Source: Schizochytrium sp. TIO01 (lineage: Eukaryota > Protista > Bigyra: Labyrinthulomycetes). From it: a stretch of DNA of 64,000 nucleotides. A program made the translations under genes and the position numbers. Every line of letters begins with the position of its first letter. The stretch's first letter is position 1. Location of the stretch: NCBI GenBank assembly GCA_004764695.1, contig SMSO01000014.1, positions 5,404,845 through 5,468,844 of the forward strand, given 5' to 3'. Of the stretch, positions 23,889-34,600 are shown piece by piece. Under the pieces are notes generated by a model. It was not told the DNA's origin. It made no database searches and was given only the letters and a program-made list of their open reading frames with translations.

Positions 23889-26396
23889 CGCAGCGAATCC
23901 TCCGCGGCCGGCCTCAAGGCGGCCAACGGCAGCGACTATAATGTGTTCGCGGTCTGCCACTTCTTCCCAGTTATTCTCCCCGTGTCCTTATCGCCGTCGC
24001 CGGACCCTGCGTCTTCGCCGTATTCACTGCCGTCCTCGCCAAAGCTGCTTTGAGCGCCCTTCTGTGCGCCCTTTTGGGTTTGACGATTCTGCACTTGCGT
24101 CGCTATATTCCACTTTATGATGTCTATATTTCATTTATTCTTGGAATAACTCACTTTAGGGCCGCCTTTGTAACGCGCTATAACCCACTTGTGTGACAGG
24201 ACCGCCGTGTCGCCGCCGTTGGGCTTCGCTGTCTTCGATTTCTTGCGCCAGCTACTTGGTAACCTAGTAAATCTGCAGGCTGAGACGATACAAAAACATG
24301 TACAGCACTCTTGGGAGGGCCCCATACAGGCAGAGGAAGCTGGCATTCCAACATCGTCGAGTGGAAGCGCTGGAGGCGAAGACGAAGATGGAGAGGCTAG
24401 TGAGCTAATTAATTAGGTCCTGGTCGCGTGTGCCGAGAACCGTGCGCTAGTCAACGCGTAGGAAGTTCTAGGGCTGGGCTTGCTGGGGAGAACTGGAAAT
24501 GGAAAAAGGAATCGCAGCGAAGTTGAGAAAAGAACTTCGATGTTGCAAGTTCAAGAAGAGAACTTGAAGCAGAACTTGAAGAACTCGAGCTGGTGCGGAA
24601 GAACATCGAGGCAATAGAGCCTTGGAGGAGACTAGTTGTTCAGGGGAATGAGAGGCGAGGCACAAGCGAGCGACGAGGTCGATAGTCAAGGCCTGGCGTG
24701 CTGGCGTGAATACTTATAAAACTTATTTAATTAAGAAGAAGCGCATATGAATAACAAATGAAAGAGTGAGGAATAAAATGAATGAATGAAAAAGAGATTG
24801 CAATTGCACTAATTTGGTATTGTGCATCGCAGATGTGGATGCCGTGAATGTGTCGTTCGACGATACAAAGATGGACATCGACATGGGCCATGGTGTCCGA
24901 GGTAGAAGACTAGAGTGGCGTCGATGCAAGAAAAACTAATTATGCTCTTGGCTGAGAAGGGATCCAGAATTCATGCTGGACCACCCTCGAGATTAAGTGA
25001 TAAGAAGTTTGGAGAGTCTAAGGTGGAATCAAGGTAGCACCTCGTGTGGGGCGGGGGGGGGGGGGAATCATGGCACAAGGATTTAGCTCGGATGAAACCT
25101 CAAGTCAGAACACGGATCTCAGCGCTGTCCTCGTTGATTTATTCCAATCTCAAGAGTAAATAGATACATATCAACTAGTTGTCATGACGGTCGGTCATCA
25201 TCTACCGTGTGCCTGCCATATATACATCCAGTGGCTGAATTAGAAATCCAGAGAATTGCAATTTTGATTCGCCCCGTACAACCAACTCTCGTAACTGCGC
25301 AGAAGGAATTGGTAGCGATCGATGAACCCTTCCATGCTATATGTTGTAGCAGAAGTTGCCATACTGGGCAAATACAAAAAAAAAAAGCTTGGCTTGAGTT
25401 TCTACCCAGATAAATAATTACTAAGAGTAGTAGCTCTGTTTGTTTGTTTATTTGCTTTTGCTTGTTTTTGCTTTTGTTTTTTGATAAATCCCATAAGGGG
25501 GAGTGATTTTTTATATAAAGGTTAATATTATTTGCGATATTTTAAACGGTGTGAGAAAGTATGGAGAGGGAGAGAATATCTAAACTTGAGGGTTCATGTT
25601 TTGGTGCTGGACTGAAAAGAAATTGGATCTCGAAAGACCATCGAAGCTCATCCATATACTTTTACTGTGTCTTGGTTCATCTTTAAATTTGAAAAAGGGT
25701 GATAAGTCTCATTGTCAAGGACCTGTACGTAGGTGTAAAGACTATACATCATTGAAACACGAAGAAGTTTTTTCATAGACCAGATGAAACTATTTCAAAA
25801 CGACCATTGCAGAAGATTGATCTACAATTACGCAAACATGCAAATCCGCCAGCTCTACAGATAGTCTAAGAAGAACAATCTGCATTGAGAGAAACGTCGG
25901 AACGTGAAATTACCATATTTTAAATGGTACGTAGAATCATCTCTGGATTCATCCGAAAGTCTGAATGTTTCTTAGATATTTAAAATATTTTGAGAACTGG
26001 GACGAGCTGAAGGTCCTTTAGTACCACGGGTCAAAGCTTTGGCAACGCGTAACCCCCCCCCCCACACACACACAAATTTTCTAAAGACCCTATCTAAAAG
26101 TCCCTGGATCATTTCATGTAGAAATGTGTGCATCATTTGTAGATTAGGTCTGCGGCACCGTCATATAGATCAAGCCACCCTCATTTTCTGTGGAGAAGTA
26201 AGCAATCTGTAGAATTCATAATTCGAGTCAAGTCTACGAATATGCACGGGCTCGCAAGAATTGGCGTAACTTCCTGGATTAACGAAGTCAAAATACGTAA
26301 ACAATAATCTTGAATACTTCCACCTTAAAGCGGTCTGCCTCACGATATCCACAGAATCTGTACCTACCAAGTGTCGTAGCCTTGTTGCGGTTTTTC

Positions 26397-26819
26397 TCAG
26401 TCAACCAAATTCTCCCGAATCATAGCGATTTGAGCTCGAAACACAGCTCTGGTCACACGGAGGTCTTCGCTGAACTCTTTGATTTCCTCATGAAGAGCAC
26501 TCGTTGCTCTGGCTACTTTAGACGCCTCGCGATGAACCTCCTTCGCTTGCACAGTAGACAGTCTCTCACCTGCATAACGAACAGGCTCCGACATGCCTCG
26601 GGTCACGACCTGAGATACTCTCTGAGCAGTTTCGCTCGTCCCAGCAACACGAGTTCCACTCCCGACAGGCTTCCAAAGAGGTTTTTGCGGCTGCTTAGGA
26701 TGCCTTTGTTGTTGTTGGTGTTGGTGCTGCTGCTGCCCACCATCCTCTCCGCGCATGAGCACTCTCGGCGCCTGGTCCAGGAAGGCCTGAGCAGACTCCA
26801 TGTAGAATGGCGCAGGCAT
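26397..26819 (-). CDS. Hypothetical protein with a Gln-rich stretch and C-terminal coiled coil, within the accessory island
   Basis: Protein-like ORF starting MPAPFYME. Preceded by the 38-bp repeat shared with 30227-30264. Confidence 0.4.
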   Translation of the reverse strand: MPAPFYMESAQAFLDQAPRVLMRGEDGGQQQHQHQQQQRHPKQPQKPLWKPVGSGTRVAGTSETAQRVSQVVTRGMSEPVRYAGERLSTVQAKEVHREASKVARATSALHEEIKEFSEDLRVTRAVFRAQIAMIRENLVD

Positions 26820-26880
26820 CTTTAAGTCCAGCGCAGAGAGCACGCCCTCGAGCCACCTTTCCGCTTCGAAGCAATTTCAT

Positions 26881-26918
26881 CAAAGAGTTCCCGATTTCTG
26901 ACTTGAGACCAGGAGGAG
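26881..26918. repeat. 38-bp direct repeat, copy 1 (copy 2 at 30227-30264)
   Basis: caaagagttcccgatttctgacttgagaccaggaggag is identical at both sites. Confidence 0.95.
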
Positions 26919-27000
26919 GAAAAAAGCAAGGCTAGAGTTTTACAATTTCTTTTAAAATTAAGTTTGTTGAATGAGCTTGTTTTTGTGTTTTATACTTCGC

Positions 27001-27261
27001 TCATTTTAACAGAGTAGATATACCTTCATGGTTCTTGTACTGCTCTTTGAGTTGTTCTAGCTTGCGAGGAATCTTGGCGTGTTCTCCGTTATTATCAAAG
27101 ATGACGTCGCACAACTCAGCGCGGGCCTCGGGTGTGCACGCAAGTCGCTCTGTAGCATGGGCGTCTTCGGGCAGAGCGCCAAGTCGCTTATCAGCATCAA
27201 TGTACCAACCAAAGCTCTGCACCGATTTCTTTCGCAAATGCACGTTTAGGAGTGTTTTTGC
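27001..27261 (-). pseudogene. 5'-truncated gene fragment of unknown family
   Basis: Protein-like frame (FGWYIDADKRLG...LCDVIFDNNGEHAKIPRKLEQLKEQY) with no ATG before an upstream TAA. Confidence 0.4.
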
Positions 27262-27353
27262 TTAATAGACCCTATTACGGTGTTTTCAATAGCGGAAACG
27301 GGAGAAATCATAAAAAGAACTTTACAAAGGGAAATAGAATTTTGTTTTCTTCT

Positions 27354-27448
27354 TTATATACCCTGATGAATGCCTTGCTCAAGAAGGTGAATGTCCTTAG
27401 TAGTATAAGAATCGACTTGGCGAGACGGACTGTCTGCAAAACTGGTTG
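27354..27448 (-). pseudogene. 3' fragment paralogous to the C-terminus of the 29219-30114 gene
   Basis: Encodes NQF/ADSPSRQVDSYTTKDIHLLEQGIHQGI*, versus NQFAPRQVDSYATKDLDLLEQGIHQCIQ*. Confidence 0.85.
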
Positions 27449-27488
27449 AGAATATAGACGGTCCGGAGACATTCTGCCTTAGTGGTAA

Positions 27489-28937
27489 TTAATTTTCATT
27501 TTTAAAGTTCAGATCAAATCCCCTTTCCTCCCATGTTTCCCTCGTGCGTTTTGCTTTCCAATCAACACTCTTCATAAACTGATCTTTATCAAGAACGTGA
27601 ACAAAAGTGTAGACAACCCAATACTGCGACTCTAGGTCCTCCTCGGGATCAACGATGCTACCAAATTTGAGTAGATTCCCAAAAAGAATGAAGTCTTCTT
27701 TGAAAGGAAAGCTCACTTTGAGCCACACCAAAGCACGTTCCTGTAGTTGGTCATCGGTGAATCCAGGGTTTTCAATTACCCCCGGAGCGGTAACAATGAG
27801 GCCCTCTCGCGGCCCTATAACGGGCTCGATCAGTATGTCAGGGGGGGATGAATATCCGTGCCTGTTCCGATCCCCATCGAACTTCGCGTGAAGAGTCGGG
27901 GTTAAGCATAGCTTATTGTTGTCATCATCAGAGAAACCTTCGATGCTTCCAACGTGACTCTTATCCACAAGGTGACAGACTTGTGCTTTACCACGCGCCA
28001 CTAAATCAGAACGTTCAATGGATTGAAATTTGGCCAGGTTACTCGACAAGTCGGCCAAAGTCTTGCTAGAGATTGAAGATGCGTGGGAGGTGCCAGGCGA
28101 GTCTGGTTCATCCGTAGTATCATAATCGTCGTAAAGAATGTTACGGAGGTCTTGGGGGAATATCTTTTCCTCCAAATTAGATATCGTCGTGTTCACTCGC
28201 TGACTCCGGCCGTTGGAAATCAAGACTGTAAATTTTCTGGCCGCTTTTTCGTCACAAAAGAAAAGCTGAAAATTCAGGTCTTCTCCATTATAGTATATAG
28301 CATTTCGATGAGCATCGTGAGGCGCTTCATCGACCGAGGCGAGGTACATTCCACCTGTATCAGCTGCGGCATAGTAGACGCTCTGACGAACGCCAGTACT
28401 ATGCTTTGATCCGTCGATCCAACCAGTGACCTCAACATAGCGCTTATCACCGTGTGTGATCAGTCTGAGTGCTGCCCTAAGGTCTTGGACCTCCTGAGTG
28501 GCCGCCTTCAATACTTCGCCTTGAACTTCTCTTTCATGTCTGTGACCCGCTCGTTCCTCAAGTAAATACTTTAAGTAACCATCAACATTTCCAAAACGGC
28601 GTTGATTAAATTTGGACAGTTGGTCGAAAATCTCCTGTTCGTTGTCCTCATCGGCCGCCTCTTCAAATTGCTCGATCTTCTCCTCTATCTTTTGGAGCTC
28701 ATCGATTGTATCATCATATTCTCGTTGGGCTGTGCGGCGCCTGCTCTCGGCATCGTCCAAAGCGCCTTGATTCTCCATCGCGTTATTCTCAGGGACGGGA
28801 TCTAAACGCCCAATACCGACCTTCCGGAACGGCACACCCACGCGACTGCCTGACGCTTTGGCTCCTGTCGCGCCCTTGTTCGTCGTCGCACTGTCGTCAC
28901 CGCGTTTGCGGCTTTGGCGGCGATTGCCCTTTCCCAT
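27489..28937 (-). CDS. Crinkler (CRN13-like) HNH-type nuclease effector with an N-terminal basic/coiled-coil region
   Basis: VTGWI...GVRQSVY...AIYYNGEDL...LF, then YD.TDEPDSP, FQSIE...GKAQVCHLVDKSH, DDDNNKLCLTPTLHAKFDG and TFVHVLD...W. This matches the oomycete/chytrid CRN C-terminal HNH module as I recall it. No LFLAK or HVLV motif seen. Confidence 0.75.
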   Translation of the reverse strand: MGKGNRRQSRKRGDDSATTNKGATGAKASGSRVGVPFRKVGIGRLDPVPENNAMENQGALDDAESRRRTAQREYDDTIDELQKIEEKIEQFEEAADEDNEQEIFDQLSKFNQRRFGNVDGYLKYLLEERAGHRHEREVQGEVLKAATQEVQDLRAALRLITHGDKRYVEVTGWIDGSKHSTGVRQSVYYAAADTGGMYLASVDEAPHDAHRNAIYYNGEDLNFQLFFCDEKAARKFTVLISNGRSQRVNTTISNLEEKIFPQDLRNILYDDYDTTDEPDSPGTSHASSISSKTLADLSSNLAKFQSIERSDLVARGKAQVCHLVDKSHVGSIEGFSDDDNNKLCLTPTLHAKFDGDRNRHGYSSPPDILIEPVIGPREGLIVTAPGVIENPGFTDDQLQERALVWLKVSFPFKEDFILFGNLLKFGSIVDPEEDLESQYWVVYTFVHVLDKDQFMKSVDWKAKRTRETWEERGFDLNFKNEN

Positions 28938-29218
28938 TTTCTCTCCCTCCTCTTCTTTCACACTCTCACCTTCGTATCTATAAAAGAGATTTTAAGCTTT
29001 CTTAGTCAGCGGTGACCGTCTGCTTTTGGGAGGAATGAGGAACTAAATAAAAGGGTACCTACGAAAAACCAAAGGTGGAAAGAGGATTTTGATGACGCAT
29101 GGATGACTCATCACTCTCCCCCAATTCAATTTTGTGTGCAGGAAGATCTAGAGGTACTACATTTTCGTTTTATTTGAGTGTTTAGAAAGTTTCCATCGAT
29201 TTCTCTACTAGTAGAGTT

Positions 29219-30114
29219 TTATTGGATACACTGATGAATGCCTTGCTCAAGAAGGTCAAGATCCTTAGTAGCATAAGAATCGACTTGGCGAGGCGCGAAC
29301 TGGTTGCGCTTGGGAGGCTTGGTGCCGTACTTAGCAAAATAGAGTTTGCTCACAGCCATTCCAAACTTGGGAAGTTCCTTGTCGCGTGCAGGGCGTCCCA
29401 GCAATCGCAAAGCAACTTCGGAAATGGTAATTTCTCTTTGTGCAGGCTCAGCGTCCATAATGGTGTGCACAGGCTGGCCACTCTGCATTTGTGAGTGGTC
29501 TCCCCTGATATCCTGAAGCAAGGAATCAGCAATGAAAACGATATTGCGCCGGTAATCCAGGTGGATCTTGTCACGGTCAGACTCGCCACCTCCATAGGCA
29601 GCCATCATTTTGAAGAAATTCTCCGCCTGAATCTGCCTCAACTGGGCTTCTTCGGCATCTCGACGAGCTTTCTTTAATTTGAGCTCCTCTATGCGCTCCT
29701 TCTGAAAAAGTAGAAACTTCTCATACTCCAGTTCCTCCTGCCAGGTCATAGGACGTTTAGTACCTCGGTTCTGTTGCTCCTCCTGCTGATCCTGCTGTTC
29801 TCCCGGATTGCACGTACTGACCAGTAGCAACCTTCACCACAATATCATTCATGGCAAGGAGGAACTCAGCACAGTCCTTATCTAAAATCACGCATATCAT
29901 CAGAAAGTCCGCACATGCGTGCTACTTGGGCTGCGTGGTAGACAAAGCCTGTCGCTCCGATGAAGCGATTCGTATAATGCCAGATGTCCAGCAGGCTGGG
30001 CGAAGCGTTCTTCACCGCGGGATCGTTGAGCGCCGCAGCGCGCATGGCAAGAGAGGGGTTTCCATACTTGGAGTAAACCTGCTGCACTTGCTCAATGTCT
30101 TGATCTCCGCTCAT
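29219..30114 (-). pseudogene. Frameshifted virus-like (BRO/KilA-associated type) DNA-binding protein gene
   Basis: Three frames join: MSGDQDIE...MRDFR, KDCAEFLLAMNDIVVKVATGQYVQ and NPGEQQ...coiled coil...ITISEVALRLLG...FGMAVSKLYFAKYGTKPPKRNQF...VDSY..KDLDLL. The last part resembles a C-terminal domain of giant-virus BRO/KilA-N proteins. Confidence 0.55.
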
Positions 30115-30226
30115 TGTTCTTAGCTAAGTACCTACTACTTTTTCCCTTCTTACTCTGACTATCCTTTAGTTTTCTCAAAAGGCAAAAACCAACCTTTTGA
30201 AGATGCTTTAAAAGAAGAAAAAATGG

Positions 30227-30264
30227 CAAAGAGTTCCCGATTTCTGACTTGAGACCAGGAGGAG
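30227..30264. repeat. 38-bp direct repeat, copy 2
   Basis: Identical to 26881-26918. Confidence 0.95.
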
Positions 30265-31613
30265 AAAAAACTCAGATAATTTTATTCTTCTTTCTTTATC
30301 TTTTCGTTCATTTACCAAAGGGAGAAGCACGGAGTTGGGTAAACACAAATGCTGACTGGCAATTCTGTCAAGACAGTGGGAGCTTTCCACCAAACAAGGA
30401 GATAATTGAGACCTACAACAAGAGCAAAACCAAGGAAGTGTAATAATGCTACCCTATAGGCTCCTACTATCAACTGTGGTAGTCCAAACCATTGATACTG
30501 TAAAACAGAAAGAATCGCGACAACTTGAAGTACCTTGGTAGCCTGCATTTAGGACTATAATAATAAAAGAAACCAAAAGGGGGGTTTCTGTTTTTACTTT
30601 CTTATTTGTGGTTGATTGAAATTAAAAAAAACTTGAAAACGTTTTGAAGTTTACAAAAGAATGAACTACAAAGAAAGAATTTGGTTTCACTCGGAAGACG
30701 ACGATAACGAAGCTAACTAACAATGGGAGATCATCACATGGGGTGTACGCGACAAGTCCCCGGGTACCCCATATGTGTACTTTTGGGCTGTTCCCAGAGG
30801 GGTGTGCACAGAGGGTGCGCACCATCGGGTTGGGGAGAGAAACCGAAACCTGAAAGGCCTCCTTCCCCAAGCACGCCTGGGCTCGAGTTTGGGGAGGGAG
30901 GGACAGCCAGCAAGAGGTGAGCTGGCGGAGGCCGTCGAACGGTACTCCGGCCAGCAGAGATCTTCAGAAGCACCGCCGCTGCCGGTTTGCACCGCGACCT
31001 GGGCGAGAAAGGACTTGCTTGGCTTGGTGAAAGACCCGGTCGCGTCCGACTGCCTTGGTTCTGTTGCTCTTAGAAGGTGTCTTGCTCGCTTTCACCGCTT
31101 GTAATTCCTTCTCAGGCTTTATTCTGGCTGCGAGCCCACCAAGAAAAGGGCTGCTGGGCTCCTTCGCTTTAGTTCCTAAATCTATTGCTGGCGCAACGCC
31201 TCTTGAGCAAGAGCAAGGCGACAACCATTCTTGTATTGCGATACTGCGGAAACGAGCCGCAGCGAGTCGTTGCCTCGATATTTCCGATCGATCGGCGCCA
31301 GTCACCATCTCCACAGCGGCAACCAAGCGGCCGGGTCCTCACGAGTGGAAGAACGTGAGACCCCCCTCGCCTTAAGGCCCAAACCCAAGACGAAGCTTGA
31401 GTTCAAGCAAGCCTAGTCTTGAACTCGATCTTTGCAAGCGAGTCCCAGTAATCAGGAACGAGACCCACTTCGGTGTACACGACCTTGCTGCTCTTAAGAC
31501 CGACCACGGCCGCCTCGCGCCGCTGCTGCTAGCGGCGCGAATAACTTTGCTGCAGTCGGCCTTTGCCGACTCCAGCAGAGTCTCTGCCGCTCGGTTGAGA
31601 CGGCAACAAACCC

Positions 31614-34600
31614 ATGTCAAGAGTGCCATCGCTGTCCTCACTCTGGTCAGCGGCTCACCGTGCGCTGGGCGAAAGGTCTATCGAAGAGGATTCGGAGGAC
31701 GTCAGCAGCGAAGAAGAGGAGGACTTGGATTTGAGTGAGGACGAAGACTTGAAGCAACAAGGGAGTGGGAGCGGGAACGAAAACGTCGAAGGCCTGAGCA
31801 GAGGAATCGCAAGCTCTCAGAGCTTGGATCAAAAGGGAATTGATCAAGAGGCTCCAGAACCTGGCCAAGGGGTATTTGGCCAGCGAGTTCTGGGCCAGGG
31901 GATTCTAGGTCAGACTTTCTTAAGTAGGGGGTTATTTGGGGCATTTCGACGAAAGGAAGAGAGTCCAGAGGTATTAGCTCAAGAAACACTTGGCCAAGGA
32001 GTATTGAATATCGGGGCGCTTGGAAGTGAAGCTTCGAAGCAAATAGGAGAGGAGCAAGAGGAAGAACTGGAACTTGAACTTGAACTTGAAGAAGGAGGAG
32101 AGGACATTGAGCTTGAAGAAGAGCTTGAGGAAGAGGAAGAACTAAGGCTTGAAGAGGAATCAGAAGGCGAAGAAGAGCTAGAACTTGAAGAGGAGCAAGA
32201 CGAACGAGTAGCACTTGCTGCCTGGCGATTGCAAGAAACACGTAGCCAGCTAGAGAGTTTAACTTCTGAAGGTAAACAAGGAGAAAGCGAAGAGTCAGAA
32301 GACGAAAAGGAGTTCTTTTCTGGACAAGAAGAGGAAAGCTATTCTCTCGAGGAAGAAGAAGATCTCTCTGAAAACGAGCGAGAAAGCGAACCCTTAATTC
32401 AAGAATATAGGGGAAACGTAGCTCTTAACGAAGAGGAGTCAGAGGGTGATAGTGACTTTTTTTCCGTGCAAGAAGAAGGAAGCCGTGTGCACGAGGGAGT
32501 AGAGGATCTATCTGAAGAAGAGCAAGAACAGGAGCTTTTAGTTCAGACACTTGGGGGGGTGAACCTAGAGGAAGGCGAAAAGCTCGAAAACCAAGGCCGA
32601 GAGCAAGAACTAGATCAGTCCTTAAACCTTGCAAACTTACAAGACCAAGACAAACAAGAGCTTTTTGACAGCCAACGGCAAGAGCAAGAAGGAGCAGAGC
32701 TAGAAAGCGAGAAAGACCAGTTTTCTGAGCAAGAGGAGGAAAGTTTATCGGACAGGAAAGACACAGGTCTCTCTTCTGGAGAAGAATCTGAAGAAGCAGC
32801 TCAAATATACCAACAAAAAGAAATACTTGAGGTTGATCAACGGCAAGAACTTTCATTCTTCCAGCAGACACAACTTCAAGAGGAGCTTACTTCTAGCAAA
32901 AAGGACCCACAGGAGGAGGTAGAGGAAGGCACTCCAGAGCAACCAAACGAGGATCTCCTTGAGCAAAAGGAGGAAAAGGAGCCCTTCGCACAATCATTTT
33001 GTCACGGCACATCTACTGGACAGGAGGAATATTCTATAGACGAACTCGAGGAAGGCCAAAAGCAACAACTCGGTCAACTGCACAAACTCTATAACTTTGG
33101 GCAAAACCAACACCATATTCAAGAAGACCTTGTCTCAGGCGACGAGGAATCAGAGGAGGAAGAAGGACTTCTTTTCAAGCACGGTCTCTCTGACGACGAA
33201 GAAGAGGTCTCATCTGAGATTGACCAAGAACAAGAAGAGAGACAAGGACCACTACCAAAGGCATATCAAAACTGCATAGCTCCTGAAGACGAAGACAGGG
33301 AAACCCTTATCAAAGACAATCTTGACGAAAATCTTGAGGACGACGACCAAGAGCGAGAACTTGTAAACTTCTCGCAAAACCAAAGTAAAGAGCAGCTCAT
33401 TTCTAGAGACAAAGAGGTACAAGAGCAAGAGAAGAAAACACAGTATTTTTCTCAGGAGCAGGAAAAGGAAAGTATCTTGAACTTGTTCGAGCAAACACAG
33501 GAAGGGAAGTTCCTAGCACAGTCATTTCAGCTCAGTACAACTTTTAGGCAAGGCCAAGAACAGGAAAGCCTCCTACCACTGCAACTCACAGAAAGTGCAG
33601 TTCTAGGCCAGCAAGAACACACAGATTCAGATCTAGAACAAGAAGAGTCTGAGTCAGAGGAAGAGAAAGACTGTGACATTAAAGCTAAAGCAGATCTAGA
33701 CCAAGACTTAGCCTCAAAGTTAGAGGAAGACGAAGGCCTCGACGACAAAGTCCAAACAAACCTAGGCCAAGACCTAGAGCAGGAACAGTCAGAGTCAGAG
33801 CCAGAGGAAGGCATAGACCAAGACCTAGAGGAAGAACTAGAACAGAAACAGGAACAGTCGCACTCAGAGTCAGAGGAGGAAGAAGAAGAAGATCTTGAGC
33901 AACACCTTAACTCAGTGTCAGAAGAAGGATCAGACTACAAAGTTCAAGCAGTTTTAGACCAAGACCTGAACCAAGACCTAAACCAGTTACAGCCGGAGTC
34001 AGAGGAGGAGTCAGAGGAGGAGTCAGAGGAGGAGTCAGAGGAGGAGGAAGAAGAAGATCTCGACAGAAAAGTCCAAGCAGACCTAGACCAAGACCTTAAC
34101 TCAGTGTCAGAGGGAGAAGAAGGACTGGACTACAAAGTTCAAGGAGACTTAGACCAAGACCTAGACCTAGAACAGGAACAGTCACAGTCAGACTCTTTGG
34201 AGGAGGAAGAAGAGGAAGAAGACCTCCACAACAAAGTCCAATCAGACCTAGACCAAACCCAAGACCTAGAACAGGAACAGTCACCGTCAGAGTCAGAAGA
34301 GGAGGAAGAAGAAGACCTAGACATCAAAATCCAAGCAGGCCTTGAGCAAAGCCTAGACTCAGAGGAAGAAAAAGGACTAGATTACAAAGTTCAAGCAGAC
34401 TTAGACCTAGAACAGGAACAGTCAAAGTCACAGTCAGAGTCAGAGTCAGAGGAGGAAGAAGAAGAAGAGGAAGAAGACCTCGACAACAAAGTTCAAGTAG
34501 ACTTAGACCCAGAACAGGAACAGTCAAAGTCACAGTCAGAGTCAGAGTCAGAGTCAGAGGAGGAAGAAGAAGAAGAGGAAGAAGACCTCGAAAACAAAGT

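Noticed and set aside
25560-26370. Possible degraded coding sequence at the left of the island
   Set aside because: Stops occur in all frames and I recognise no family.
30775-31738. ORFs 30775-31104, 31055-31375 and 31397-31738
   Set aside because: Non-ATG starts and no motifs; better explained as the ATG-free leader of the giant ORF.
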